From: an uncultured Actinomycetota bacterium
GTDB taxonomy: Bacteria; Actinomycetota; Actinomycetes; Mycobacteriales; Mycobacteriaceae
Assembly: GCA_963766535.1 (NCBI GenBank)
Contig: CAVYAU010000011.1
Coordinates: forward strand, 149,998-213,997
Direction: 5' to 3'
DNA: 64,000 bases
Both the position numbers and the translations under genes were made by a program. Of the stretch, positions 9,534-20,017 are shown piece after piece. The notes beneath the pieces are model-generated. The model was not told the origin of the DNA and ran no database searches. It worked only from the letters and a program-made list of their open reading frames with translations. Positions within the stretch are counted from its first letter, which is position 1. Each line of letters starts with the position of its first letter.

Positions 9534-11107
9534 CGCCCGAGGAGTGGATCGCACACGATCCCGACCCGCAGACGGCCGCCGAGCTCGCAGCATGTGACCC
9601 CGGGGAGCTTCGCGCGCGGTTCGCCCGCCCACTCACGTTCGGCACCGCCGGGTTGCGCGGTCCGGTGCGCGGCGGCCCGGACGCCATGAACGTCGCGGTA
9701 GTGTTGCGTGCCACCTGGGCGGTGGCACAGGTGCTCGGGAATCATGCCGGTTCGCCGGTGGTGGTGGGGCGCGACGCTCGGCACGGTTCGGCGGTCTTCG
9801 CCACTGCGACGGCTGAAGTGCTTGCCGCCCAAGGCTTTCCCGTACTGCTGCTGCCCGATGCGGTGCCCACGCCGGTGGTCGCGTTCGCGGTTCGTCACAC
9901 CCGCGCCGCGGCCGGGATACAGATCACGGCATCACACAACCCGCCGACCGATAACGGCTACAAGGTCTACTTCGAAGGCGGCATCCAGATCGTCTCCCCC
10001 ACTGATCGCCAGATCGAAACCGCGATGGCTGCCGCTCCCCTGGCCGACCAGATCATCAGGAAGCCCGTCGAACCCGCCGAAACCGATCTGGTCGAGCGCT
10101 ACATCGAGCGTGCGGCCGCTGTGCGGCGCTGCACCGGTTCGGTGCGGGTGGCCGTGACGCCGCTGCACGGGGTGGGCGGTGCGGTGGCCGTCGAAACGCT
10201 GCGGCGTGCCGGTTTCGACGACGTGCACACCGTCGCAACGCAGTTCGCGCCGGACCCCGACTTCCCCACCGTCGCGTTCCCGAACCCCGAGGAGCCCGGC
10301 GCCACCGACGCATTGGTCGCCCTGGCCGCCGATGTCGGGGCCGACGTCGCGATCGCACTCGATCCCGACGCTGACCGGTGCGCGGTCGGCATACCTACCG
10401 GATCGGGGTGGCGGATGCTGTCTGGCGACGAAACTGGTTGGCTACTAGGCGATTACATTTTGTCGCACCCACAACCCGCCGAAACCATTGTGGTGGCCAG
10501 CACCGTCGTGTCATCGCGGATGCTGGCGGCGATCGCCGCGCACTACGGCGCGATCCACGTCGAGACCCTCACCGGCTTCAAGTGGCTGGCGCGCGCCGAT
10601 TCGAACGTGCCCGGCGGCACCCTGGTGTATGCCTACGAGGAAGCGATCGGGCACTGCGTCGACCCGGACGCCGTGCGCGACAAAGACGGCATCAGCGCCG
10701 CGGTGCTGATGTGCGATCTGGTGGCCGCGTTGAAAAAGCAGGGTCGTTCGGTGCCTGACTTGCTCGACGAGTTCGCCCGACGCTACGGCGTGCACAGCGT
10801 TGCGGCGGTGTCGCGTCGGGTCGCCGACGCCGACGAGGCTGCCGAACTGATGCAGCGGCTACGGGCAGCCCCGCCGAGTCGGCTGGCTGGGTTCACCGCG
10901 ACCACCACCGATATCACCGACGCGTTGATCTTCACCGGCGGCGACGATGAGGCGTCGGCGCGAGTGGTGATACGGCCTTCGGGAACCGAGCCGAAGTTGA
11001 AGTGCTACTTGGAGGTTCGCTGCGCTGTGGCCGGCGATCTGCGTACTGCCCGGGAACGGGCCGGCGCGCTGCGCGACGAGCTGGTCTCCTCGGTGCGCAG
11101 CTGGTGA
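9530..11107 (+). CDS. pmmB: Phosphomannomutase / phosphopentomutase-type alpha-D-phosphohexomutase
   Basis: 525 aa. Active-site loop [15 protein letters not shown] and metal loop [15 protein letters not shown] overlap with deoD. Confidence 0.9.
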   Translation: MTPEEWIAHDPDPQTAAELAACDPGELRARFARPLTFGTAGLRGPVRGGPDAMNVAVVLRATWAVAQVLGNHAGSPVVVGRDARHGSAVFATATAEVLAAQGFPVLLLPDAVPTPVVAFAVRHTRAAAGIQITASHNPPTDNGYKVYFEGGIQIVSPTDRQIETAMAAAPLADQIIRKPVEPAETDLVERYIERAAAVRRCTGSVRVAVTPLHGVGGAVAVETLRRAGFDDVHTVATQFAPDPDFPTVAFPNPEEPGATDALVALAADVGADVAIALDPDADRCAVGIPTGSGWRMLSGDETGWLLGDYILSHPQPAETIVVASTVVSSRMLAAIAAHYGAIHVETLTGFKWLARADSNVPGGTLVYAYEEAIGHCVDPDAVRDKDGISAAVLMCDLVAALKKQGRSVPDLLDEFARRYGVHSVAAVSRRVADADEAAELMQRLRAAPPSRLAGFTATTTDITDALIFTGGDDEASARVVIRPSGTEPKLKCYLEVRCAVAGDLRTARERAGALRDELVSSVRSW

Positions 11108-11108
11108 G

Positions 11109-11732
11109 CTAGCGGGGCCCGTATTGGCGGTCGCCCGCATCGCCGAGACCCGGCACGATATAGGCGATCTCATTGAGTCCGTCGTCGACGGCCACGGTGA
11201 AAAGGCGTGCATTTGGTGCCGATTTCTCAAGTGCGGCAATGCCTTCCGGTGCAGCCACTGCACACAGCACAGTGATCGCTGTGGCGCCGCGGCGGTGCAG
11301 CAGACCGATCGTGTGTTTCAAGGACCCGCCGGTGGCCAGCATGGGGTCGAGAACCATCACTGGCAGGTCAGTCAGGTCGTCGGGCAGCGTCTCCAGGTAT
11401 CCATGCGCCTGATGGGTTTCCTCGTCGCGGGCGACGCCGACGAATCCGACTCGGGCCTCCGGTAACAGCGCAAGCGCCTGCTCGACCATGCCCAGTCCGG
11501 CGCGCAGCACGGGCACCAGCAGGGGCGGTTTGGCCAGTCGCATTCCGAGGGTCTCGGCCAGTGGGGTCTGGATCGGAAATGTCTCGCGGGGCGCGTCTCG
11601 GGTGGCCTCGTAGACCAGCATCAGCGTCAGATCACGCAACGCGGCCCGGAAAGAAGCGTTGTCGGTGTGTTTGTCGCGCAACGTGGTCAGCCGGGCGACG
11701 GCCAGCGGGTGGTCAACGACGCGCACATCCAC
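11109..11732 (-). CDS. upp: Uracil phosphoribosyltransferase
   Basis: 207 aa. PRPP loop [13 protein letters not shown] and C-terminal [12 protein letters not shown] motif. Confidence 0.95.
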   Translation of the reverse strand: MDVRVVDHPLAVARLTTLRDKHTDNASFRAALRDLTLMLVYEATRDAPRETFPIQTPLAETLGMRLAKPPLLVPVLRAGLGMVEQALALLPEARVGFVGVARDEETHQAHGYLETLPDDLTDLPVMVLDPMLATGGSLKHTIGLLHRRGATAITVLCAVAAPEGIAALEKSAPNARLFTVAVDDGLNEIAYIVPGLGDAGDRQYGPR

Positions 11733-11806
11733 GGAGTTTGACCTTATATAACGATCGGGCTGCGTTTACTTAAAGCCCTGCTGACACGCTTGCGCCCGTC
11801 CCGTCA

Positions 11807-12733
11807 ATGTCCCAAATTCACTCATATACTCCCGGGGTGCTCCGCCGAATTCACAGTCCGAGAAGGCTTATAGGCAGGGCATATCGAGCCCTCCGGCTGG
11901 TCGGCGCGGTGGCGTTGACGGGGGTGGTGGCCGCCCCCTTGGCACCTCGCGTGGGCCTTGCGGCGGCCGCAATTCCTCAACTCGCGCACGTGGTCATCGT
12001 GGTGGAGGAGAACCGCGCGCAGACCAACATCATCGGCAACAAGTCGGCGCCCTTCATCAATGCGCTGGCCGCCAACGGCGCAATGATGGCCCAGTCGTTC
12101 GCCGAAACACATCCCAGCGAGCCGAACTACTTGGCACTGTTCGCCGGCAGCACATTCGGGGTAACGAAGGACGTGTGCCCGGTCAACGGCGGCGCCGCTC
12201 CCAATCTGGGTTCTGAATTACTCGCCGCCGGGTACACATTCATCGGGTTTGCCGAAGACCTGCCCGGAGTTGGTTCAACTGTTTGCAGTGCGGGCAAGTA
12301 CACACGCAAGCACGTGCCCTGGGCCAACTTCAGCAATGTGCCGCCGACGCACTCGGTGCCGTTCTCCGCGTTCCCGGCGCCCGGAAACTACGCCAGCCTG
12401 CCGACCGTGTCGTTCGTCATTCCCAACAACGACGACAACATGCACGACGGCTCGATCGCGCAGGGCGATGCCTGGCTGAACCGCCAGCTGTCCGGGTACG
12501 CCAACTGGGCCGTGGCCAACAACAGCCTGCTTATCGTGACCTGGGACGAGGACGACAACACCAGTCGCAACCAGATCCCGACGGTGTTCTACGGCGCGCA
12601 CGTGCGGCCCGGGACCTACAACGGGCAGATCAGCCACTACAACGTGCTTTCCACGTGTGAGCAGATGTACGGGCTACCCAAAACGGGTAATGCGGCCAAC
12701 GCTCCCGCAATCACCGACATCTGGGGCGGGTAA
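11807..12733 (+). CDS. sapM: Secreted acid phosphatase, phosphoesterase (PLC/AcpA) family
   Basis: 308 aa. Signal-like N-terminus, then HVVIVVEENR, SEPNYLALFAG and VIPNNDDNMHDG motifs. Very similar to my recollection of M. tuberculosis SapM. An alternative start at GTG 11837 is possible. Confidence 0.85.
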   Translation: MSQIHSYTPGVLRRIHSPRRLIGRAYRALRLVGAVALTGVVAAPLAPRVGLAAAAIPQLAHVVIVVEENRAQTNIIGNKSAPFINALAANGAMMAQSFAETHPSEPNYLALFAGSTFGVTKDVCPVNGGAAPNLGSELLAAGYTFIGFAEDLPGVGSTVCSAGKYTRKHVPWANFSNVPPTHSVPFSAFPAPGNYASLPTVSFVIPNNDDNMHDGSIAQGDAWLNRQLSGYANWAVANNSLLIVTWDEDDNTSRNQIPTVFYGAHVRPGTYNGQISHYNVLSTCEQMYGLPKTGNAANAPAITDIWGG

Positions 12734-12812
12734 CCGACGGCGGGCCGGCCCCTGCCCCAATACCGGTGGACTACGTCCGTCACCTTCGCCGGCCGTCGCT
12801 ATTCTGTGCCGC

Positions 12813-14171
12813 ATGGTTGCTGACATCGTGCCCATCCGCCTGAGCCTGTCCGCCGGTGACCGCTACACCGTGTGGGCACCCCGCTGGCGCGACTCCGGCG
12901 ACGAATGGGAGGCGTTTCTGGGCAAGGACGACCTGTACGCCTTCGAGACCGTTGCTGACCTGGTCGCATTTGTGCGTTCCGATACCGACAACGATCTGGT
13001 AGACCACCCGGCGTGGAAGGACCTGACCTCGGCGCACGCGCGCAAGCTCGATCCTGCCAAAGACAAGCAGTTCGATCTGGTCGTTGTCGAGGAGCTGGTG
13101 TCGGAGAAGCCGACTGAGGAGTCGGTGACCGCGCTGGCAGCCGCGCTGGCAATCGTGTCGTCCATCGGATCGGTGTGCGAGCTGCCGGCGGTGTCGAAGT
13201 TCTTCAACGGCAACCCCACTCTGGGCACGGTATCCGGCGGAATCGACCAATTCACCGGTAAAGCCGGTCAGAAACGCTGGAATTCGATCGCTGAGGTCAT
13301 CGGGCGAAGCTGGGACGACGTGCTCAGCGCGATCGACGAGGTCACCAGCACTCCAGAAGTCGATGCTGCCCTGTCGGCCAAGGCCGCCGACGAACTGGCC
13401 GAAGAGCCCGAAGAGCCCGAAGAGGATTCAGCCGGCCAGGAAGGTGAGGCCGCTGACGAGATCGCCGAGGCTGACGACGCCGAAGACACCAGCGACGCCG
13501 AAGACAGCGAAGAAACAGAAGACTCCGAGGACGAAGAGGACGTAGCGGACTCCGAAGACGACGAAGATGACGAAGATGAAAAAGAGGTCCGCGCGCCCGG
13601 CGACACTGTTGTGCTGGGCAGCGACGAGGATTTCTGGCACCAGGTAGGCATCGACCCGATTCGGATCATGACGAGTTCTGGCACGTTCTACACGCTTCGC
13701 TGCTACCTGGACGATCGCCCGATCTTCTTGGGCCGCAACGGACGGATCAGCGTGTTCAGCTCCGAGCGGGCGCTGGCCCGCTACCTCGCCGACGAGCACG
13801 ACCATGACTTGTCCGATTTGAGCACCTACGACGACATCCGTACTGCCGCGACCGACGGCTCACTGGAGGTCGAGGTCACCGACGACAACATCTATGTGCT
13901 CAGCGGGCTGGCCGACGACTTTGCCGACGGGCCGGACGCCGTGGATCGGGAGCAGCTCGACTTGGCTGTCGAGCTGCTCCGCGACATCGGCGACTACTCC
14001 GAGGAGGCCACGGTAGACAAGGCCCTCGAAACGGACCGGCCGCTGGGCAAGCTGGTGGCCTACGTGCTTGACCCCGGCTCGGTCAGCAAGCCCGCAGCCC
14101 CGTACGCCGCAGCGGTACGGGAATGGGAAAGGTTGGAGCAATTCGTCGATGGGCGGCTAAGACGCGAATAG
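12813..14171 (+). CDS. Conserved hypothetical protein (Rv3311-like) with an internal Asp/Glu-rich tract
   Basis: ATG at 12813 gives MVADIVPIRLSLSAGDRYTVWAPRW. The 12657 extension is Arg/Pro-rich and unlikely to be real. High GC3 throughout. The central region EEPEEPEEDSAG...DSEDDEDDEDEKE is low-complexity acidic. Confidence 0.8.
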   Translation: MVADIVPIRLSLSAGDRYTVWAPRWRDSGDEWEAFLGKDDLYAFETVADLVAFVRSDTDNDLVDHPAWKDLTSAHARKLDPAKDKQFDLVVVEELVSEKPTEESVTALAAALAIVSSIGSVCELPAVSKFFNGNPTLGTVSGGIDQFTGKAGQKRWNSIAEVIGRSWDDVLSAIDEVTSTPEVDAALSAKAADELAEEPEEPEEDSAGQEGEAADEIAEADDAEDTSDAEDSEETEDSEDEEDVADSEDDEDDEDEKEVRAPGDTVVLGSDEDFWHQVGIDPIRIMTSSGTFYTLRCYLDDRPIFLGRNGRISVFSSERALARYLADEHDHDLSDLSTYDDIRTAATDGSLEVEVTDDNIYVLSGLADDFADGPDAVDREQLDLAVELLRDIGDYSEEATVDKALETDRPLGKLVAYVLDPGSVSKPAAPYAAAVREWERLEQFVDGRLRRE

Positions 14172-14195
14172 CGGTGGGTTCTGCTGTCCACCGCT
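14170..14195 (+). terminator. Putative intrinsic terminator after the Rv3311-like gene
   Basis: AGCGGTGG-N10-CCACCGCT forms a perfect 8-bp stem overlapping the TAG stop, followed by CGTTT. Confidence 0.45.
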
Positions 14196-14280
14196 CGTTT
14201 GACGCGCCACCAAGACTCCTCTTTACTGGCGGCAGCATCCGCCGTCGGTCTTGGGGCGGCCAGACGGGAAGGTAAGCCAG

Positions 14281-15264
14281 GTGTCGCTGCCCGTGATCGG
14301 CCCGTTGCCTTTGTACGGGTTCCAACGCCCGGGCATGTTGCTGTTCGGTTTGGTCACATTGGCTCTGCTCGCCGTCTACCTCATCGTCCAGATTCGACGC
14401 CGGCGCCGCCTGCGCCGGTTCACCGAGGCGGATGTGCCGCAGTCATTCTGGCGCCACGTTCCGATCGTTGTATCGCTGCTCAGCCTGGTCCTGTTGACCA
14501 TTGCGCTGGCCACCCCCACCCACGACATGCGCATACCGCGCAACCGCGCCGTCATCATGCTGGTCATCGATATGTCGCAGTCCATGCGGGCAACCGACGT
14601 CGAACCCAACCGGCTGAAGGCTGCCGAACAGGCGGCCGCACAGTTCGCCAGTCAACTGACGCTGGGCATCAATCTCGGACTTGTCGGTTTCGCGGGAACG
14701 CCGTACCTGCTGGTGCCGCCAACCCCGCAGCACCAAGCGACCCTTGATGCGTTGAAAAAGCTGGAGTTTGCCGACAGCACGGCTACCGGTGAAGCCATCT
14801 TCACCGCCCTGCACGCGATCGGAGCCGCAGACGTAACCGGTGGCGATAATCCGCCGCCGGCCCGCATCGTGCTGCTATCCGACGGCGGCGAGAACAAGCC
14901 GTCAGATCCCAGCGATCCGCATGACGGGGCCTACACGGCAGCGCGCCTCGCCAAGGATCAGGGAGTGCCCATCTCGACGATCTCGTTCGGAACCCAAAGC
15001 GGCGAGATCGAGATGGATGGGCAGCGGATCGCTGTCCCGGTTTCGACAGATCAGATGAAGACGATCGCCCGGTTATCTGGGGGTCAGTCCTACACCGCCA
15101 CCAACATCAACGAACTCGACAAGGACTATGACGCCATCGAGAACGAGATCGGCTATCGCACAGTGCCCGGGCCCGGCAGTTCCGGGTGGTTGCGCCTCGG
15201 TGTCATCACCGCCTTGATCGCGACGGCATTGGCACTGTTGATCAATCGGCGACTTCCCACCTGA
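14281..15264 (+). CDS. VWA-domain membrane protein (BatA/BatB-like)
   Basis: N-terminal TM segment followed by an RRRRRLRRF patch. Complete MIDAS motif (DMSQS, TATGEA, LLSDGGEN). C-terminal TM segment. Start is probably GTG 14281 (ORF opens at 14251). Confidence 0.85.
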   Translation: MSLPVIGPLPLYGFQRPGMLLFGLVTLALLAVYLIVQIRRRRRLRRFTEADVPQSFWRHVPIVVSLLSLVLLTIALATPTHDMRIPRNRAVIMLVIDMSQSMRATDVEPNRLKAAEQAAAQFASQLTLGINLGLVGFAGTPYLLVPPTPQHQATLDALKKLEFADSTATGEAIFTALHAIGAADVTGGDNPPPARIVLLSDGGENKPSDPSDPHDGAYTAARLAKDQGVPISTISFGTQSGEIEMDGQRIAVPVSTDQMKTIARLSGGQSYTATNINELDKDYDAIENEIGYRTVPGPGSSGWLRLGVITALIATALALLINRRLPT

Positions 15265-15268
15265 TCGC

Positions 15269-16276
15269 TCACGAGGGCAGCCTGCTGTTCAAGAACAGAC
15301 CGGCCAGTACTGCGCCGGCCATGACGACGGCACCGAGCAGCATCCAGGCGAGGCTGGCATCGCCCTTCACGGTTTCGTAGCCGATCTGGCGCTGCAGGGT
15401 CGTATAGACCTGCTTGAGCGACTCCATGCTGTCGGCGTGGAAAGCCTGGCCGTCGGTGATCTCGCAGATCTTCTGCAGGGTTTGATCGTCCACCGGAACC
15501 GGAATGATGGCGCCCTGATATTCAACGGTGCCGTCGGGCGTACCGAAGGAGATCGTTGATATCTGCACCCCCTCGGCTTTGGCCGCCCGAGCCGCGGTGA
15601 ACGCCCCCTGTGGGGCGTTGGGGTCCAGCGGCACGTTTTCGGCGCCGTCGGACTCCAGCACGATCCGCGCGGGTGGCGGACCGTCGCCGCCTCCCATTAC
15701 TGAGCCGACCGTCGCAATTGCCTGCAACGCGGTGAAAATGCCTTCCCCTGTCGCGGTCTTCGGAGCCGGCTGCAAGCTATCGATCGCTGCTTTGACTGCG
15801 CCGCGGTTCGTCGTCGGAGCGACCAACAGCGTGGCGTTGGCCGCGAATTCCACCAGCCCCAGGTTGATAGCCGGCGTGAGCTCGTCGGCGAATTGCTTAC
15901 CGGCCTCCTGCGCGGCGGCAAGCCGGCTCGGAGCGACGTCGGTGGAAGCCATGGACTCCGAGACGTCGATGACCAGCATGACTACCGCACGGTTGAGCGG
16001 AATCCGGATGTCGGATGTCGGCCCGGCCATGGCCGTGGTCAGCAGCACCAACGACGTGACAAGCAGGATCGTGGGCACGTGGCGCCACCGACTGGGGCGA
16101 GCCGGCGCGACGCGCTCCAACACCTCCATGTTGGCGAACCGCAGAACCCGCCGACGGCGGGCGAATTGCAGTACGACGTAAATTCCTGCCGCCAACAGCA
16201 CGATCAGCAGGAACAAAAAGAACCAGGCGTTCTGGAAGCCCGTCAGCGACACCGGGCCCAGCAGGGGCAACTTCAC
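15269..16276 (-). CDS. VWA-domain membrane protein (BatA/BatB-like), paralog of 14281-15264
   Basis: 335 aa with the same architecture: N-terminal TM plus RRRR patch, MIDAS DVSES / TATGEG / LESDGAEN, C-terminal TM. Roughly 45% identical by eye to the convergent neighbour. Confidence 0.85.
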   Translation of the reverse strand: MKLPLLGPVSLTGFQNAWFFLFLLIVLLAAGIYVVLQFARRRRVLRFANMEVLERVAPARPSRWRHVPTILLVTSLVLLTTAMAGPTSDIRIPLNRAVVMLVIDVSESMASTDVAPSRLAAAQEAGKQFADELTPAINLGLVEFAANATLLVAPTTNRGAVKAAIDSLQPAPKTATGEGIFTALQAIATVGSVMGGGDGPPPARIVLESDGAENVPLDPNAPQGAFTAARAAKAEGVQISTISFGTPDGTVEYQGAIIPVPVDDQTLQKICEITDGQAFHADSMESLKQVYTTLQRQIGYETVKGDASLAWMLLGAVVMAGAVLAGLFLNSRLPS

Positions 16277-16527
16277 CTCACCAACCTGATACCGCCACCG
16301 CCCGCCGTCAAGTTGATGTCGGAGCCCTCACCTATGTTCGTACATGTGTGGCGATGCATGCGTTACTCGCCCGGACCAACGGTGCGGCGCGGGCGCAAGC
16401 CCAGGCCGGCGTGGCACGCCCAGTGGAAGGTGTTAATCAAACTGACACAAAGTCGACGGCGCCAGCTTGATACCGTGGGGTCTGGCCACCCACCGGCGTG
16501 TGGACAGTCACTGCTGCGGGAGGTGAA

Positions 16528-16851
16528 GTGGGGGCCCTGTACGTGGCCATGCCGTTGCTCGCCGTCGCCGCCATGCTCGCTCCAGCGGTGGCTCACGCTG
16601 GTCCCGTGGATGACTACGTCAGCCGCAACGGTATGGCGGTGTGCGCGGCGCTCGACAAGGCCCAGACCCACGGCGACATTTTCAGACTCGATTTGGAGGT
16701 CGCGCGTGACACCGGGTTCAGCGTCAAGGACGCTGCGAGCGTCATTGGACAATCGACCGTCACCGACTGCCCATGGGATCTGCCGAAGCTGCAACACGGT
16801 GGCGACGTAGTGGCCAGCCCGGCGAGGTGGGCAGACCGGCTACCGGACTAA
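16528..16851 (+). CDS. Small secreted protein, DUF732-like
   Basis: GTG at 16528 lies 5 nt after GGAGG. Signal peptide LLAVAAMLAPAVAHA|GP. The mature part has two Cys (VCAALD ... TDCPWDL) in a DUF732-like arrangement. Confidence 0.6.
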   Translation: MGALYVAMPLLAVAAMLAPAVAHAGPVDDYVSRNGMAVCAALDKAQTHGDIFRLDLEVARDTGFSVKDAASVIGQSTVTDCPWDLPKLQHGGDVVASPARWADRLPD

Positions 16852-17103
16852 TTGATAGCCACCGAGCCGGCCGTGCGCGCCGCCAGCCGCCGGGGGAACG
16901 GTGATCTGGTCACTTCCTCGAAAAGGTTGTCGAGCCAGCTCCCAAACGGTTCGACGAACGGCGACCAGCAGCCGAAGAACACGGTCGACGGTTTCCCGGT
17001 CACGCATACCGGCTATACGTAACAGGCGTGTCGGAGCGCGCAAGCCACCCTGGTTTGGGGGCATCATGAATTGGGGCAGGCTTCGACTCGAGGGGAGGCG
17101 AAA

Positions 17104-17508
17104 GTGGCGTGGGACGGGTGGCAGCCGGTGGTGCGCGTCGGCGAGCCTAAGTTCATAGCGGGCATTGGGAACAGGATCAAAGTTGAGCTGAAGACGAAAG
17201 GATGGCTAAGCCGAGACTGGCGCGGCTACTTCGGGTGGCAGGTATCGCAGCAACAACTCGATGCCAGATACTCTTGCTACGACTATGACGAAATCCAGCG
17301 CATCGAGGGCTCTTGCGCCCAGGAAGACGCGGAGCACTACGTCGAAATGATCGATGCCGCGATTCACTACGCGAACACCAAGTTTCAGAATGACGCCCTG
17401 CTGAAGCTAGGTGCGCAGAAAAAGCAGCAGTATTGTGCTGTGGACCCGGTGAGGAAGCGCCAGGCCGCACTCGATGACCTGGCGAAGAAATTGGCGAAGC
17501 CCGGGTGA
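17104..17508 (+). CDS. Hypothetical protein, no recognisable domain (orphan)
   Basis: GTG at 17104 follows GGGGAGG by 6 nt. 134 aa. By my hand count about 75% of codons end in G or C. I judge that coding-like but probably lower than in the flanking genes, which I did not count. No motif recognised. Confidence 0.5.
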   Translation: MAWDGWQPVVRVGEPKFIAGIGNRIKVELKTKGWLSRDWRGYFGWQVSQQQLDARYSCYDYDEIQRIEGSCAQEDAEHYVEMIDAAIHYANTKFQNDALLKLGAQKKQQYCAVDPVRKRQAALDDLAKKLAKPG

Positions 17509-17630
17509 TGGGGGTGGCTTGGTGACGAGTGGCCCGGCCCAACCAGATGGCACGCTAAGCCCGCAAAAATGTTGGGACGCATGCTATTTCGGACTCCGCG
17601 ACGCTATTGACGACGAGGGGCCCCGCCTTT

Positions 17631-18719
17631 TTAACCGATCAATACCGCAAACCGCGGTTTGATCACCTCGTCGATAATCGCCAGCCGCTCGTCGAACGGG
17701 ATGAATGCCGACTTCATCGCATTGATGGTGAACCGCTCGAGGTCACTCCACCCGTAGCCGAACGCCTGTACCAATCGGTACATCTCGAGGCTCATCGAGG
17801 TATCGCTCATCAGCCGGTTGTCGGTGTTGACGGTCACCCGGAACCGCGTCCGGGCCAGCAGATCAAACGGGTGGTCGGCGATGCTTTTGACCGCGCCGGT
17901 CTGCACGTTCGAGCTGGGGCACAGCTCCAGCGGGATTCGCTTGTCTCGCAAGATCGACGCCAGCCTGCCTAACCGGACTTCCCCACCGGTGATGACGTCA
18001 ATATCGTCGACGATTCGCACCCCATGGCCCAGCCGGTCAGCGCCGCAGAACGCGATCGCCTCATGAATGGAAGGCAGCCCGAACGCCTCGCCGGCATGAA
18101 TAGTGAAGCGCGCGTTGTTGTCTCGCATGTACTCGAAAGCATCCAGGTGCCGCGTCGGCGGGTTGCCGGCCTCAGCGCCGGCGATGTCGAATCCGACCAC
18201 TCCCCTGTCCCGGAATCGGATCGCCAGCTCGGCGATCTCCCGGGACACCGCGGCGTGCCGCATCGCGGTGACCAACAGCCGCACCACGATAGGGCGGCCC
18301 GCGGCGGCGCAGGCCTTCTCGCCGTCGGCGAAACCCGCCAGCACACTGTCGACGATCTCTTCGAACGACAAGCCACGGTCGATATGCAGCTCGGGAGCAA
18401 ACCGCACCTCGGCATACACCACCGAATCGGCAGCCAGGTCTTCCACGCATTCGTAGGCGACGCGGTGCAGCGAATCGGGCGTCTGCATCACCGCCACGGT
18501 GTGCGAAAACGGCTCCAGGTAGCGCTCCAGCGAGCCGCTGTGCGACTGGGTGCGGAACCACGTCGCCAGCTCGTCGACGTCGGTGGTGGGCAGTCCGTCA
18601 TAACCGGTCTGGCCGGCGATGTCGATCACGGTTGCCGGGCGCAGCCCACCGTCGAGGTGGTCATGCAGGAGGGCCTTCGGCGCTTTCCTGATCTCGTGCA
18701 GATCCAGTGGTGTTGTCAC
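17631..18719 (-). CDS. add: Adenosine deaminase
   Basis: 362 aa. LHDHLDGG metal motif near the N-terminus, FTIHAGE and [10 protein letters not shown] motifs. GTGA overlap with the deoA stop. Confidence 0.95.
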   Translation of the reverse strand: MTTPLDLHEIRKAPKALLHDHLDGGLRPATVIDIAGQTGYDGLPTTDVDELATWFRTQSHSGSLERYLEPFSHTVAVMQTPDSLHRVAYECVEDLAADSVVYAEVRFAPELHIDRGLSFEEIVDSVLAGFADGEKACAAAGRPIVVRLLVTAMRHAAVSREIAELAIRFRDRGVVGFDIAGAEAGNPPTRHLDAFEYMRDNNARFTIHAGEAFGLPSIHEAIAFCGADRLGHGVRIVDDIDVITGGEVRLGRLASILRDKRIPLELCPSSNVQTGAVKSIADHPFDLLARTRFRVTVNTDNRLMSDTSMSLEMYRLVQAFGYGWSDLERFTINAMKSAFIPFDERLAIIDEVIKPRFAVLIG

Positions 18720-20017
18720 TTGGCGATCCGATCGATGATCAACGGCCGCGGCACCGGTGGTGTGTCGCCGACGCTCCAGCCGCCGTCCAGCTCGGCCATC
18801 GCGGCGCCGAAGCGTTCCGGAGTATCGGTGTAGAGGGTGAATAACGGCTCACCGGCCGCGACCCGCTCCCCGGCACGGCGGTGGATCCTGATACCGGCAC
18901 CTAACTGCACCGCTACGCCCGGACGGGATCTACCCGCGCCTAGCCGCCAAGCTGCCAGTCCTACTGCCATCGCGTCGATATCGCCCATTGTGCCGCCCCG
19001 GCTGGCGGTCAGGGTCTCGGCATGCCTACCGATTGGCAACGGTACCGACAAATCACCACCCTGGGCCGCGATGAGTTGGCGAAATCGGTCCATCGCGGTG
19101 CCATCGCGCAGCGTCTGGGCTGGATCGCGGTCGTCGATCCCGGCAAGCTCGAGCATCTCGCCGGCCAGCCGCAAAGTCAGCTCCACCACGTCGGGCGGTC
19201 CGCCTCCGGCCAGTATCTCCAGGGACTCGCCAACCTCGAGGGCATTGCCGACGGTCGCGCCCAGCGGGCAGTTCATGTCCGTCAGGAGCGCGCGGGTGGG
19301 CACCCCGTGCGCCGCGCCCAACTCGACCATGGTGTGCGCCAGCTCGCGGCACTGCGACTCCGAGGTCAGCAACGCCCCCGAACCGACTTTCACGTCGAGC
19401 ACCAGCGCGCCCGCCCCCTCGGCCAGCTTCTTGCTCATCACCGAGCTGGCGATCAGCGGCAGCGACTCGACGGTGGCGGTAACATCGCGCAGCGCGTACA
19501 GCTTGGCGTCGGCGGGCGCCAGCTCGCCGGCGGCGAAGATCGCCGCGCCGACATCACGAAGTTGGTCGCGCACGCGCTGGTTGGACAGCTCGGCGGTGAA
19601 CCCGGCAATGGATTCCAGCTTGTCCAGGGTGCCTCCGGTATGCCCCAGCCCACGGCCAGACGCCTGAGGCACCGCCGCGCCGCAGGCGACGACGATGGGC
19701 ACCAACGGCAGTGTCACTTTGTCGCCGACCCCACCGGTGGAGTGCTTGTCCACGGTCGCCAACGGCTTACCGTGTGAGCGCAGATCGCTGAAATCCAAAC
19801 GTTCACCGGACGCCAGCATCGCCGCCGTCCACCTGGCGATCTCGCCGCGGTCCATGCCGCGCAACACAATCGCCATCAACAGTGCCGACATCTGTTCGTC
19901 AGCGATCCGGCCACGGGTATACGCGTCGATGACCCAGTCGATGGCGGCATCGGATAACCGGCCGCCGTCGCGCTTGGTCTTGATCACCGTCGGCGCGTCG
20001 AATGCGAAGTCCGTCAA
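18716..20017 (-). CDS. deoA: Thymidine (pyrimidine-nucleoside) phosphorylase
   Basis: 433 aa. [11 protein letters not shown] phosphate-binding motif and [19 protein letters not shown] start overlapping the cdd stop. Confidence 0.95.
   Translation of the reverse strand: MTDFAFDAPTVIKTKRDGGRLSDAAIDWVIDAYTRGRIADEQMSALLMAIVLRGMDRGEIARWTAAMLASGERLDFSDLRSHGKPLATVDKHSTGGVGDKVTLPLVPIVVACGAAVPQASGRGLGHTGGTLDKLESIAGFTAELSNQRVRDQLRDVGAAIFAAGELAPADAKLYALRDVTATVESLPLIASSVMSKKLAEGAGALVLDVKVGSGALLTSESQCRELAHTMVELGAAHGVPTRALLTDMNCPLGATVGNALEVGESLEILAGGGPPDVVELTLRLAGEMLELAGIDDRDPAQTLRDGTAMDRFRQLIAAQGGDLSVPLPIGRHAETLTASRGGTMGDIDAMAVGLAAWRLGAGRSRPGVAVQLGAGIRIHRRAGERVAAGEPLFTLYTDTPERFGAAMAELDGGWSVGDTPPVPRPLIIDRIAK

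Noticed and set aside
16848-17003. 51-codon minus-strand ORF (VTGKPSTVFFGCWSPFVEPFGSWLDNLFEEV...), and the 75-aa ORF 16840-17067 in the adjacent frame.
   Set aside because: There is no Shine-Dalgarno sequence and no recognisable motif. Two overlapping frames are equally open, so this is most likely non-coding spacer.
17608-17632. GAGGGGCCCCGCCTTTTT next to the add stop codon, considered as an intrinsic terminator.
   Set aside because: GGGGCCCC is a loop-less palindrome, and the T-run is on the wrong strand for add. For the plus-strand orphan gene it lies about 100 nt downstream with only a marginal stem.
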